A stretch of 64,000 nt of DNA from Eledone cirrhosa (Eukaryota), in assembly GCA_964016885.1 (NCBI GenBank), contig OZ024741.1:80042001-80106000 (forward strand). Reading direction: 5' to 3'. Positions 25,636 through 38,418 of this stretch are shown in pieces. The notes under the pieces are model-generated. The model searched no databases. It saw nothing but the letters and a program-made list of their open reading frames with translations, and had not been told where the DNA came from. Each line of letters begins with the position of its first letter. The first letter of the stretch is position 1. A program made the translations under genes and the position numbers.

Positions 25636-27078
25636 ATTTATTAATGCATGGACAGTTATATGACCTCCTTTTCAGCCGAGGGACATACCAATACATATTC
25701 AAACATTGATACATATTCAAACATTGTGGGTCAACATTCATTACAAAATTTAGAGTGGCAGTACACACTTCGAGATTACATTTATATTAATAGGTACAAT
25801 CAAAAATCAAAGATATAGGTTAAAGTACAACATGAAGGTAAGTGGTTATATAGTGCAAATGTTATATGTGTGGCACGCATGTGCGTCTTGTTTATATAGT
25901 GTGGCAGAGAGATATGTGTGGTAGAGGCACTTAGGTAGGTAAATAAGAGTGTTAGGTTGGTAGATCTGGTGGCAAAGTCTTTATATGATTGATGTAGTCT
26001 GTGTGTGGAGAAATATTATAAACATTAAAGATAGTGCAAGCATTAAAAGTGTTATAAGTATTGGAGATGCACAACGCAGGGATGTCACGTAATTCATGTA
26101 CTTCGGCATTTTCATGGTCAAGGGAGTGTATATTTCGATTATATGCCTTTCACATAATCCACGACAATCCAGTTAGAGATCGTAGTCTGGTGTTCCTTAG
26201 TTCGATACAGGAGGTTGTTACGTTTCGAGAGACGCCATTGAATACCGGAAGTGTGTGTGTGGCTAAGGGGAGTTAATGCATGCGGGGAGGTAACTCTGGG
26301 GTTTCTATATCTAGCCATTAAAATGTGTCCCAATATGGACCCTAAATTCTATGGTGAGGTGCACCTTCCAAGAGAGACTTTTAAAGCATAAAGTGTACTA
26401 ACTATAGAGTAGTTTAACTAAATTATGCTGAAGGGGATCATATTAATATTAAGGTGGATTAACCCATCTTAAGGTGCTACAAATGGAAATTATAGATGAT
26501 GAGCGAGGATTCTAAATTAATGATCTCTGTGGTTGTAGTCTGTTCATATGACCAGGCGCGGTGATTGCAGGATTGCTTCAGGACCCAATGATCTCTGGTA
26601 AGATCTGGGTCATCGCTTGCTACATTGGATGTCGAAAGATAATCGTCCCCAGGCAGGCCAAAGGTCAATCCGCAGTCCTCGCGACCCCTCTCTGACCGTC
26701 AGATCATCCATATACGTACAACCCGCACGGCAGTTGCATTGCATTCACTCCCTGCGCTCAGCAGCCCGGTCCTACTGGTCAACAGCGCTACTCGATTAAA
26801 TCATTTTACATCTGTCTAAGGAAGGTGTTTCCTCTGCCCAACACCATCCAACCGATCGATTCATGCTCAAATTACCCTTAGAGCGGTGTAGTGCCGTCCA
26901 GGTGGGTGGATGTTGTCACACCTGCCGTAGAGGTATAAATGGGTATTTTCCCTGCGAAGGGTTCCAGAGGGATGTCGTTGTTTGTGTTATAATGGATCAG
27001 CTAGTGTTGGGTATGAAGTATAGGGTGTGTCTCTGGTGTTTGATGCTAGATGCGGTGTTAGGTTCCAGTCCGACATTG

Positions 27079-28546
27079 CTATATATAGGGCTTAAAGTTT
27101 TGGAAGGAATGTCTGAGGCGGTGCTGGCAAGTTGCAAACACCTCAGATTTTTTGTTAAGTAGGTTACGGTTGGAGAAGATAATATTGTGTGTCTCTAGTA
27201 TACAGAGGTTACAGAATTTATTAGGTGGTTTGTACGAGGTCGCGCTGCCTATCACTTCCCATTTGAGTGTGTATGGTTTATTTTTAGATTTTAGATAGTG
27301 TATGTAGCTAGAAAGTGAGGTGGAGTTGGCTAGGCTGTGCTTTTTGAACGAGTGGATGTGCGAGTTATATCTAATTTTGAAGCAGTTAGAAGTGGAGCCT
27401 ACATAGGTTTCTGAAGAGTTATTAGTCGTGACTGTGCATGAGTATATGACATCCTTGGTTAGGCATTTTTTATCTAAAGGGCAGGTTCTATTAGCTCTAC
27501 AGTTACAATTATTCTGTGCGTTAGTCCGCTGGTTATAATGCAATGCGGAAGTCTGTGTGGTGGATATAGGATTTTGGGTGTTCAGGTTGACAACCCTGGT
27601 GTTATTACTTATACTAGTGTTATTTCTATTGTTACTGCCGTTGCTATTGTTGCTTGCTACAGTGGTATTTAGAGGGTTTGCATCCCGTTGTGATTTTGTT
27701 TGTTGGAAGTAAGAACTAATTTTACTATTATTGCTGCTAGCTATGTGGTATGCTAAGTTGGGCGTCGTAGAGTATGAGATTTTAATGGTGTTTTTGTTTA
27801 AGAGGTTGTGGTACTTGTGTCCTAGAGGGAAGTTTTTATCTAGTAGTGAGAAGAAAGCCCTAGGTATGTTGGTGGAGACATTTAGGTTGAAAGGAGGGTT
27901 GAAAAATGTATTATTTCTTCTTCTATTTTTGCTTTTAGTGTTTGGTGTGTTGCTTCCTCCTAAGGCCTCACAGTAGTTTCCATGGTAATGGTTACTTCCG
28001 GTGGCACCCTCCGCTTTGGTGTACTTGTGGTTGCTATTCCTATTATTAGATTTCCTCATGGACATGTTGTGCGAGATGATGTTGTAGCTATGTGTTTTCT
28101 TAGGTAGGAACTCTATTTCTATATTATGGCCGGAGCTAGCTAATGCTTGATTGTAATATTGTGAGTTTTTGCTAAATATGTTTGCGTCATAGGACAGACT
28201 AGAGATTCTATTGGACACCCCCTTAGAGATAGAGTTTAATATTGATCTAGGGTGATTAGACTTGGTATCTACGTAAATAAGTTTCTCATTAGGCTTATGG
28301 AAAGGTGTATATATTTTTGAGTCTAGGTATAGTGTGGCGTCTAGGAAGTTAACATTTTTAGTGTTTTTGTCCATGGTGATACTAAGGTTAAAGTTTTTGA
28401 ATGTCTTATGCAGTTGTTTTCTAGTTCTTTCTATATTAAATTTTTTATATTCTATGAGTAGAAGTGCATCATCGCGGTACAAACCACCGTTGAGGTAAGG
28501 GAGGTCTTTATGGATTTCATTGAGGAGGTATAGGCCGACCAAATCA
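27079..28546 (-). CDS. C-terminal part of a PLE polyprotein (RT from motif B/C onward, thumb, Cys-rich linker, GIY-YIG endonuclease); 5'-truncated
   Basis: GLYRDD, VNFLDATL, HKPNEKLIYVDTKSNHP, FFNPPFN, CNC-x5-CPL-x3-C, VIYSC...YVGST, CNLC and LLNKKSE...CQH. The Cys pattern is as described for Naiad PLEs. Confidence 0.9.
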
Positions 28547-29577
28547 GACCTTTGGCCTGCCTGGGGACGATTATCTTTCGACATCCAATGTAGCAAGCGA
28601 TGACCCAGATCTTACCAGAGATCATTGGGTCCTGAAGCAATCCTGCAATCACCGCGCCTGGTCATATGAGCAGACTACAACCACAGAGATCATTAATTTA
28701 GAATCCTCGCTCATCATCTATAATTTCCATTTGTAGCACCTTAAGATGGGTTAATCCACCTTAATATTAATATGATCCCCTTCAGCATAATTTAGTTAAA
28801 CTACTCTATAGTTAGTACACTTTATGCTTTAAAAGTCTCTCTTGGAAGGTGCACCTCACCATAGAATTTAGGGTCCATATTGGGACACATTTTAATGGCT
28901 AGATATAGAAACCCCAGAGTTACCTCCCCGCATGCATTAACTCCCCTTAGCCACACACACACTTCCGGTATTCAATGGCGTCTCTCGAAACGTAACAACC
29001 TCCTGTATCGAACTAAGGAACACCAGACTACGATCTCTAACTGGATTGTCGTGGATTATGTGAAAGGCATATAATCGAAATATACACTCCCTTGACCATG
29101 AAAATGCCGAAGTACATGAATTACGTGACATCCCTGCGTTGTGCATTTCCAATACTTATAACACTTTTAATGCTTGCACTATCTTTAATGTTTATAATAT
29201 TTCTCCACACACAGACTACATCAATCATATAAAGACTTTGCCACCAGATCTACCAACCTAACACTCTTATTTACCTACCTAAGTGCCTCTACCACACATA
29301 TCTCTCTGCCACACTATATAAACAAGACGCACATGCGTGCCACACATATAACATTTGCACTATATAACCACTTACCTTCATGTTGTACTTTAACCTATAT
29401 CTTTGATTTTTGATTGTACCTATTAATATAAATGTAATCTCGAAGTGTGTACTGCCACTCTAAATTTTGTAATGAATGTTGACCCACAATGTTTGAATAT
29501 GTATCAATGTTTGAATATGTATTGGTATGTCCCTCGGCTGAAAAGGAGGTCATATAACTGTCCATGCATTAATAAAT

Positions 29578-29624
29578 TGCTCCGAAGAATCCAAACCTCG
29601 GTTTGGAGGAAACAGCTGTAAGCA
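29578..29624 (+). ncRNA. Minimal type I hammerhead motif with palindromic stem-loop III
   Basis: UGCU-CCGAAGA-A-UCCAAAC-cucg-GUUUGGA-G-GAAAC-agcu-GUA-AGCA. Confidence 0.8.
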
Positions 29625-29825
29625 CAATAATGTTTTGAACAGTTCTTTGATTCTTATATTTCATATAACTGCTCTGTAAATCATCTGATGTTTTTACATT
29701 GAGCTACTTAACTTACTGGTAATAAGGTAGTAATACATTACTGCCTACCACTATTTAGGGTGTGTGTATAATACTTACAACTGCTTAAGGTTTTGTGTTT
29801 ACATAACCATAAATAGTATAACTAA

Positions 29826-29900
<75 letters not shown>

Positions 29901-29903
<3 letters not shown>

Positions 29904-30922
29904 TTTCTTTTTATTTTCCACCAGGGCATCAAAAAGTGGGACAAGTACAATGGGGGAGTTTACATAACAAGGCGTCCTCAATAAGGAGGAGGCAATAACA
30001 AAATATAAAAATGAAATAAAATATAACAAAATAAAATTTATAACAAAATCCTCAATAGAGAGGAGGCGCCTTGGGGGGTCGCACACACCCCCGAAAAAAA
30101 GTGTGCAACCCTTCTCCTGGGGAGCACAGAGAGGAGGTGCTCCCTTGGTCTTTCATCTTCCTCACCTATAGTCTGATGTAGAGTGAAGGCCCATTCACAC
30201 GGGCCATTCTCGCCACTTTCACCCATCTTTCATAAAAACGGCTGGGGTGCAGCACCTCTCTCTCCATCCTGATCCTTCTTCCGAAATGATATCGGAAGAA
30301 ACGGACCAATTGTTGGCCAGAGAGAAAGGTGTCTGACCTCAGTCCTTTCAGACGCGTCCACCATACAACCTCTTTCGCCATGGCTATTACGCACAGAAAC
30401 ACCGCTTCACCTTCGTTTTTGAAGAGGGGAGGCGGCTTGATCGTTACAATAGACTCGGTGGTCAACCGGATCGGTCCCACCCTTGACAGCAGTTGTTCGA
30501 CATAGCCCCACAGATCGGCAATGCCCGAGCAGTGTACCAATGCGTGTGCAACGGTTTCCTCGTCGCACACGCATCTGGGACAGATCTTTTTCGAAGGGTC
30601 CCTACCCGGGCGCCCGTATCTGTAGAGCCTTTCTCGAACGGGCAGAGCCCTTCTGTAACACTGCCAGGCCAGGGACCTCTGGAAGTTATCCATGGGTCCC
30701 GGGCTGAATGTCCTACCGAACAGGTTGGCCAGTTCGTCTTCCTCCATGCCTAGGGCTTCTCCGAGGGCGTCGTCGCACCTGCTAACCACCAGCCCTCTAT
30801 AGAATGACGAGGTGGATTCTCCACTGATAGCTGGGTCCGCCTGCCAGAGAGCCGTGAGCGCCTGGGCACACTCGGTGTGCCAGGCGCCCAGTTTTCTCGG
30901 TCTTTGCTTGACCCAGGATTGC

Positions 30923-30923
<1 letters not shown>
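29901..30923 (-). mobile_element. 5'-truncated Tx1-clade LINE (subfamily A) flanked by (GATA)n
   Basis: ORF 30166-30789 is the ORF2 C-terminus with CPRC...ETVAHALVHC. AATAAA precedes the (TATC)n tail. Confidence 0.92.
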
Positions 30924-30996
<73 letters not shown>

Positions 30997-31212
30997 ATTT
31001 CTTTATTTGCCACTAGGGCACAAGAGAAAGGGACAAATACAAGGGGGGAGTTTACATAAATGCGAGTAAAGAAAAAGGCATAACAATAAGAATAATATAA
31101 TAATAAAAAGTCCTCAAAAGGGGGATTGCACATACCCCCGAAAAGTGTGCAACCCTTTTCGCGGGGGAAGCCCAGAGAGGAGGCGCTCCCCCTTTCCTCT
31201 TCACTTCTTCAC

Positions 31213-34200
31213 CTACAGAACAATGTAGAGAGAAGGCCCATTTACACGAGCCATTCTCGCTTCTTTCACCCACCTTTCATAAAACTGTCTGGGGCCAAGC
31301 ACTTCTCTCTCGATCCTGATCCTTCTTCCGAAGTGGTATCGGAAGAAGTAAACCAGGTGTTGGCCGGAGAGAAAGTCACCCGACCTCAGACCTTTCAGGC
31401 GCGTCCACCACACAACCTCTTTCATCATGGCTATTACGCACAGAAAGACCGCCTCTGCTTCATTTCTGAAGGGAGGAGGCGGCTTGATGTTCACCACAGA
31501 CTCGGCGGCCAATCGAATCGGCGCCACACGCGACAGCAGTCGTTCGACGTAGCCCCACAGATCGGCAACGCCCGGGCAGTGTACTAGTGCGTGCGCAACG
31601 GTTTCCTCGTCGCGCACGCATCTGGGACAGATCTTTTTCGCGGGATCCCTGCCCGGGCGCCCGTATCTGTAGAGCTTTTCTCGAACGGGCAGAGCCCCCC
31701 GGTAGCACTGCCAGGCTAGGGACCTCTGGAAGTTGTCCATGGGTCCCGCGCCGAAAGTTCTACCGAACAGGCTGGCCAGTTCGTCCTCCTCCATGCCTAG
31801 CGACTCTCCAAGGGTGTCGTCGCCCCTGCTAGACACCAGCCCTCTATAGAATGTCGAGGTGGATTCTCCACTGATAGTCGGGTCTGCTTTCCAGAGAGCC
31901 GTGAGCACCTGGGCACACTCGATGTGCCAGTTGCCCAGTTTTCTCGGTCTTTGCTTCACCCAGGATTGCAGCTCGGTGAGCGAGACGAGCTGTGGGAAGG
32001 CTCGCCTCACAAACGGGGCCCACACCGGCTGACCGGTGAGGAATACCTGTAGATGCCGTAGCTTCAATGCGTGCCTACGCATCAACAGCCACGGCATACC
32101 CAGCCCTCCTTTCGAAGGGTGCTGGCAGCAGATGAATCTCCTCACCATGGGAGGCCGCTTCTTCCAGAGGAACTGGAAGAGCATGCGCTCCATGATGGTG
32201 ACCGTTTCCTAGATGCAAGGCACGACGGTCAGGCGGTAGTAGATGACGGACGCTATGTAAGCGTTCGTCACCTCCGCCCGACCTTTCAGTGATAGTTTGC
32301 ACTTGGCCCATTTCTGGGTCAGCGCAAACACCCTGCTCGTCACCTCGCCCCAATTCTTCTCCACCTGGAGGTCCGGTCCGAACCAGACCCCGAGCAGCTT
32401 CACCGGGCCCTCCGTCCACCGCCCGACGACACCGTCTAACGGCATCGGTTTGCCCCTCCACGTTCCGAGTTGCAAACCTACTGACTTGTCCCGGTTCAGC
32501 CTAGCCCCCGTCAGCCTTTCGTATTCCTCCAGTAGGGTGGCGATCGCCCCGATTTCCGAGGCGTCCGCCACCATTACTGTTACGTCGTCGGCATAGGCCG
32601 AGACCGCTTTGTGCAATCCCGGTTCCAGGGGTATGCCCCGCAGCAACTCCAACTTCCGCAGCAGTGGCTCGAGAGCCAATACGTACAGAAGGGAGGAGAG
32701 GGGGCACACCTGCCTGATGGACCGGGTGATTTGAAACGGCTCCGAGAGGTAGCCGTTTACTTTAACCCTAGAGCAGACGTTGCCACTGTGCATGGCAGAA
32801 ATCCAGCCCCTGAAAACGGGTCCGAAGCCCGCCGCCGCTAGCACCGCATCCAGGTAACCATGGTGGACCCTATCGAACGCCTTAGATTGATCCAAGTTGA
32901 TCAGGGCCCCACCAAAGCCGGGTTCGTTCCCAACCCTCTCTACGATGTATCGCATGAGGTGGAGGTTGTCGTGAATGGATCTGGACGGGATAGCGCATGT
33001 CTGCGCGTCTCCCACCAAACCACCCACCACAAGCGCCAACCTCTTCGCCAACACCTTGGCCAAAATCTGTAACTCTGCATTCAGCAGAGTTATGGGCCTA
33101 AAGTTACTTAAGTCGTCCCCCTTGCTCTCGTCCTTCCTCACTAGCGTGACTACGCCCTTGGTCACAGAACAGGGAATTCTCCCGTTCTGTTGCCAGTTGC
33201 AATAGACAGCCTCGAGGAGTTCGGAGAACAAGACCGGCATAGCTAAATAAAGTTCGTATGGTAGACCATCGAGACCCGGAGATTTGCGTCTGCTGCATTT
33301 GCTGAGCGCTTCGCCGATTTCAGTGGCTGTGATTGGCGTTTCGCAGCACTCCGCTTCGCCGCTCGAAAGACGCGGTAGACCGTCGAGGTATGGACCGAAG
33401 TCCACATCCCCGTTCGGCTCCCCGCCCCCTCCGAACAGTCGAGCAAAGTGCCTTTGAAAGGCCTCGCACATCCGCTCAGGTTCAAGGATCACCCGTCCAT
33501 CCTGGTCTCGCAAAGACCGAATGGTGGATTTAATCCCACTCTTGGCTTCTGTCACGCGGGCCCAGCTAACAGCTTTGGTCCCCTCGTTTCCTAAAGCACG
33601 TATTTTACTCCGGACAACGCAGCCTTCGTGCTTCGCGTCAAAGAACTGGCTCAACGCCGTTCTCGACGCTAACACTCTGGCTACGTCTCCGCTCCTAATC
33701 GCCTCTTCTAGTTTATCTGTTAACTCCCTTTCCCTCCTATTTCTATTCGCCGCTAGTTCCTTACTGTAACCTATCGAACTTACTTTAATCTCTCTCTTTA
33801 GAGATACCCATCACCTGCAGTTGACGATCGCTCCCGTCAACCGCATCTTAACTAAGCTACTAATCCGGTTCCTGTAAGCTTCCTTTGCCGGCAAGGACAA
33901 GTTCATCTTCCAGTAACCGGGACCCTGTCTATGCGTTCTATCAAGGTTGACCACGCAGGTCACTAATTTGTGATCTGAATAGCCAACCATGAGCAATTCT
34001 GGACAACTAAATACGTCCCTATCCTTACTCCTTACCAAAAACCTATCTAGGTACGATCTAGATTGACCACTGCGGTTTGCCCAGGTCCAGGTTGGCACAG
34101 TTGGAAAATCTAGTCGAAATCTATCGACCAGGTCGAATCGATGGAGTAACCCCTTGGGGCTGCTACACCCCCCTCTATCGGGACATGCCCCTGCATAGTC

Positions 34201-34639
34201 CCAACGCGCATCTAGGATTCCATTCCAGTCCCCCACTAAAAGCAGGGAACGCGACGTTCCTAGAAAAGTCTCCAGACGCTGGAAGAAGTCGGCTCTTTCA
34301 GCCCCGAAGGGGGCATAAAGACCGACCAGTCTGAAAGCCCCGCCTTCACCGCCTCCAGTAATCGACCAGTAATCGACCCCCCGGATCCGAGTGAACAATC
34401 TGTACGTCGAGAGCCAGACGTTTATCCAGCAGTACGGCAACCCCACCCCCGCCTCCGGGTTGACAGAGAGATGCGTGCAGCTCAAAGTCATCGAAGGCGG
34501 GAGCCAGCTGTCGCACGCTGCTGATCCGACTCTCGCAAACAACCATCACATCTATACTTCGTGACCTGAGGTCACTTAGAAGCTCTGCTTGCTTCCAAGC
34601 TGAGCCCAGGCCACGCGCATTCAAACAGCCAACTCTCAA
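31213..34639 (-). pseudogene. Tx1 ORF2 (APE endonuclease + RT + C-terminal CCHC); one frameshift and two in-frame stops
   Basis: CLNARGL, VGDWN, SYLDRFL, SDH, KSPGLDGL, FRPITLLN, LDQSKAFDRV, YADD and CPRC..H..C. The frameshift is an 11-bp duplication CCAGTAATCGA (about 34355-34376). Stops are at 33811 and 32209. Confidence 0.93.
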
Positions 34640-35093
34640 TTGATCTATTTTGGTGTTGAAAGTGAAGAAAGAAAAGCACCTACCTCTCCGAGTTGTGTAA
34701 TTTCCATGGGGTCGGGTGTGTTGGGTGGGGGGATGTTTTGTGGTGGTGTGGGGGTATCCGAGTGTGGTGGGGTTGGGGTATTTGGAGTTGTGTCAGGGAG
34801 AGGGGAGGTTATGGGGAAATCTTTCAAGAGGACGCGATTTAACGGTTTTAAACAGGGGGGGGGCTCACGTCCTGTTTAAATTGTTCTTTTAAGGAACGAT
34901 AAAGGTCCAGAGGGACCTTTATCATTTTTAAATGGGTGAAGTTCTCTGTTGAGATAAAGTTTGGCCCTTCGGTCTGCACCAAAGGGCTATTGTTTATTAA
35001 TTTAAACAGTTTTTGTTTTCTTTATTTATATATGTGTATTGCAAAGTCTTTTTTTGTGATGCTGTCAATGTTTCGAAGGGGGGAGGCGCAGAT

Positions 35094-36396
35094 TTATTTT
35101 TGTTTGTCGAGGGTGGGGTGTTTTTGATTGGAGTTGGTGTTTGTGTGTGGGTTATTTGTTGTTGTGGTGTGCTGGGTGTGTGCTTTCGTTTTTTCTTTTA
35201 ACTTGTCTGAAGGCTTCTCCTCCTTCTTCTTCAGAAGTTGGGGGAATCTCTTCAGCGCTAGGTGGGAGGGACGTGGTGTCTGGTTGTTTTGTTTTGCGGG
35301 AGGGGTAGATTTGTTGCTGTTTTTTTTATTATTAGTTTGGAATGTGTTTTGTGGTGGTGGTGGTGATGTTTGTGTCGTGCTTGTGGTTGGTGATGGTGGT
35401 GGTGATGTTTGTGTTGTGGTTGGTGATGGTGGTGGTGATTTTTGTGTCGTGCTTGTGTTTGGTGCTGGTGGTGGTGATGTTTGTGTTGTGCTTGTGGTTG
35501 GTGGTGTCTGTATTTTGTTTGCTGTGTGTGGTATTAGTGTATTTTTGGAGGTGGGTGGTGTTGGTGTACTGTTTGTGGAGGGTGTGGGCAATAGTCCTTT
35601 TTGGGGGATACAATTCGGGCAGTTAGCCTTAACGTGTCCCCTTTCCGTGCATGAATAGCATGCTGGTCTTCTCCCCTCTACAATTATATATATTGGGGTG
35701 AGGTCATCCAGCCAGATGCGATCCGGGATTTGCGCTATTCTTTCGGGCCTCATTTGGACTATTAGGTCGAGGCCCATTCCCAGGAACGCATCTCCAGATG
35801 CCTTCCCCATTGACAGCACTGTGTCCTCGCCCATGTCTATGAAGCCAGCAATAGCCCACCAGAAGTCCATTGTGGGTAGCATTATCTGTATTTTGACTCT
35901 CTGAGTTCTTCTACCCATGTAGGAGGGATAGAAACTGTATGCTGTTGATGAGAGTGGGCTTAGGGAAAGCCTCTGTGCTGTTTCCTTGTCTTTTGTTAAA
36001 ACAGAAATGCTGCCATAGAGTCGGTCCTTTCGTATGAAGAGAATATTCTTCATATAGTCTTTTAGGACCAACTCTATCTCCATTTGGCTGGGCTGTGCTG
36101 GCTTTCTCGTGTGGTTTAGAATTGTTCTAAACAGAACAGTGTTTGCTAGTCTCGTTTTCTTGAATTCTGGGGGGGGGGGGGGGGGGGGCATTAATGGAAA
36201 ACATTCCGTTCTCCCCCAAGACTATGTGCTTTTTTGCTTCTGCCAGTTTCTCTCTGGCGGCAGTTAAGTCAATAGGTGTATATATTATAGATTTTTTTGT
36301 TGTCTGGGCGAAAGTTGCCTTGTTGTTTTCTGTATTCTTATTTTCTGTTTGTTTGTTTTCCGTTTGCTCATTTTCCGTAACATTTGTTTTTTTCAT
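35094..36396 (-). pseudogene. Tx1 ORF1 (gag-like, CX2CX4HX4C knuckle, Pro/Thr-rich tail)
   Basis: CYSCTERGHVKANC. The frame is broken only at a G homopolymer (36169-36188), which may be a sequencing slip. Confidence 0.85.
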
Positions 36397-36705
36397 TTTC
36401 CTTGTTTGTTTCGTTGTCTAGTTTTGTTGTATCCATTTTTTGTTCTTCAGACTTGGGGGGCGTGGCAGAGCTAATGGCAGACATGTCTGCCATCTTTTTC
36501 GCCATGCGTCCAAGAAAGAAGTTTTACAGAAAAATCGTTATTTATTTTACCCCCTAAAAAGGGGGTAAATGTAAAAATGTTTCCCTAAATAACAGGGGTA
36601 AGTGTTCCAAATGTGTTGCACTGAAAAAATTCACTGGTACTTACTATAGTAAGGGTAAATTCCGATAGAATAGCAGAGCCGGTGTGAAGCGTGTCTCACT
36701 CTATC

Positions 36706-36803
<98 letters not shown>

Positions 36804-36804
<1 letters not shown>

Positions 36805-37115
36805 CTTTCTTTTTATTTGCCACCAGGGCATCAAAAGTGGGACAAGTACAAAGGGGGGAGTTTACATGCAAAGGCGTCCTCAATATGGAGGAGGCAATAA
36901 CAAGATATAAAAGTATAAAAATAAAATAAAATATAACAAAATAAATTTTTAACAAAATCCTCAATAGGGAGGAGGCGCCTTGGGGGGTTGCACACACCCC
37001 CGAAAAAAAGTGTGCAACCCTTCTCCTCAGGAGCACAGAGAGGGAGTGCTCCCTTGGTCTTTCATCTTCCTCACCTATAGTCTGATGTAGAGTGAAGGCC
37101 CATTCACACGGGCCA
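36804..37115 (-). mobile_element. Short 3' fragment of Tx1 subfamily A flanked by (GATA)n
   Basis: Near-identical to 29901-30205. Confidence 0.92.
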
Positions 37116-37252
37116 TAGATAGATAGATAGAGAGATAGATAGATAGATGTTCTTGTCTGATGATCCTGTGATAACAGCCGAAGCTCCAGAGTAACAGATG
37201 GATTCACTATTTAGCCTTCATGAAATGAATATATATATTATACATTATTTTT

Positions 37253-37274
37253 TGAGAGAGAGAGAGAGGGGGGG

Positions 37275-37364
<90 letters not shown>
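37253..37364. repeat. (GA)n microsatellite
   Basis: Directly visible. Confidence 0.97.
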
Positions 37365-37368
<4 letters not shown>

Positions 37369-37559
37369 ACCGACAAAGCTAAAAGACATTTTTTAGAAAA
37401 CTTAATTGACACCAAAGTCTCTGAAAACAATGAATAAATTTAGCCAAGCCATTGATATTAGGTATATCACAGACATAGCCTTACTCAGCCAAACCCAGGA
37501 TTGTCTATCGAGTCTTTAAATATTTCAATGAAACCATTTAAAAGTCATTATGTCTATTG

Positions 37560-37950
37560 AATTGGCAGTATCGGTAGAGGGTCGGACGCCATGCTTTGAC
37601 GCATAGAGTTACGGCCCTTGCCATTCAGAGTTCAAATCCCGCCGAGGTTAACTTTGCCTTTCATCCTTACGGGGTCGATAAAATAAAGTACCAGTAATGC
37701 ACTGGGCAATTGCTGGCCTTGTGCCAAAAGTAGAAACAATTATGTCTATTGGATAATAAGGGCGGTGCATTGGCAGTATCGGTAGAAGGTCGGACGCAAT
37801 GCTTTGACGCAAAGAGTTACGGCCCTTTATGGTTTGAGTTCAAATCCCGCCGAGGTTAACTTTGCCTTTCATCCTTACGGGGTCGATGAAATAAAGTACC
37901 AGTAATGCATTGGGATAATTGCTGGCCTTGTGCCAAAAGTAGAAATAATT
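37560..37950 (+). mobile_element. Two tandem SINE copies
   Basis: Two consensus matches. TGTCTATTG is repeated before, between and after them. Confidence 0.9.
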
Positions 37951-38020
37951 GTCTATTGGATAATAAATAGAATATTGCAACAAGGTCAAAATCTCTCGAA
38001 TCAATTTATTTCCTTTCGAT

Positions 38021-38418
38021 CAGAGATTCTCAAACTTTTTGGACCACCATCTCCTTCACGGCCACGTAATACCCGCAGCGCCCCCAACCTTATTTCCAGA
38101 GAGACCTGCCTACACGTAAATTGTAAATAATATATAATAAATAACTGTTTCTACTTTTATTTATTATATATTATTTACAATTTACGTATATAATAAATAA
38201 CATCGTTAATTTATGTTTAATAAATAATATAGTATATACAATGTATAAATAAATATTATATATTTTTTATTATACTATATTTATATATATATGTATCATT
38301 TGATATTTAATATATTATTATATCATCTCTACCATCCACCGCCCCCTTAGGCTTCTGTGCACCCTGGACGTTCTCAACGCCCCCAGGGGTGCTGTAGCGC
38401 CCACTTTGAGAACCTATG
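38021..38418. mobile_element. hAT (Charlie/MER5-like) MITE
   Basis: TIRs CAGAGATTCTCAAA ... TTTGAGAACCTATG. The 8-bp flanks CTTTCGAT/CTTTAGAC match at 6 of 8 positions. Confidence 0.65.

Larger units (their letters stand above)
25546..29830 (-). mobile_element. Young 5'-truncated Naiad-type PLE with 1121-bp inverted repeats (25546-26666 and 28547-29667)
   Basis: The arms are reverse complements with only a couple of mismatches seen by eye. The internal RT/GIY-YIG ORF is uninterrupted. Both ends lie in (TA)n. Confidence 0.95.
30995..36707 (-). mobile_element. Full-length (~5.7 kb) Tx1-clade (L1 group) non-LTR retrotransposon flanked by (GATA)n
   Basis: 5' UTR, ORF1 with a zinc knuckle, ORF2 APE-RT-zf, and a 3' UTR with AATAAA. 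GATA tracts at 30924-30994 and 36708-36803. Confidence 0.95.

Noticed and set aside
26700-26900. Possible 7SK, U3, RNase P or telomerase RNA
   Set aside because: The diagnostic boxes or template could not be matched; kept only as an unidentified structured block.
27079-27520. Selenocysteine recoding as in some Naiads
   Set aside because: All conserved Cys positions are in an open frame with no in-frame TGA.
28547-28596. N-terminus MLHWMSKDNRPQAGQRS of the 505-aa ORF
   Set aside because: It comes from the inverted non-coding arm and is duplicated at 26617. The real PLE frame starts at DLVGLYLL.
26061-29152. Duplicated short ORFs (71 aa and 64 aa) on opposite strands
   Set aside because: By-products of the 1121-bp inverted repeat, with no protein features.
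36169-36188. Programmed frameshift in Tx1 ORF1
   Set aside because: A long G homopolymer; slippage or sequencing error is the simpler explanation.
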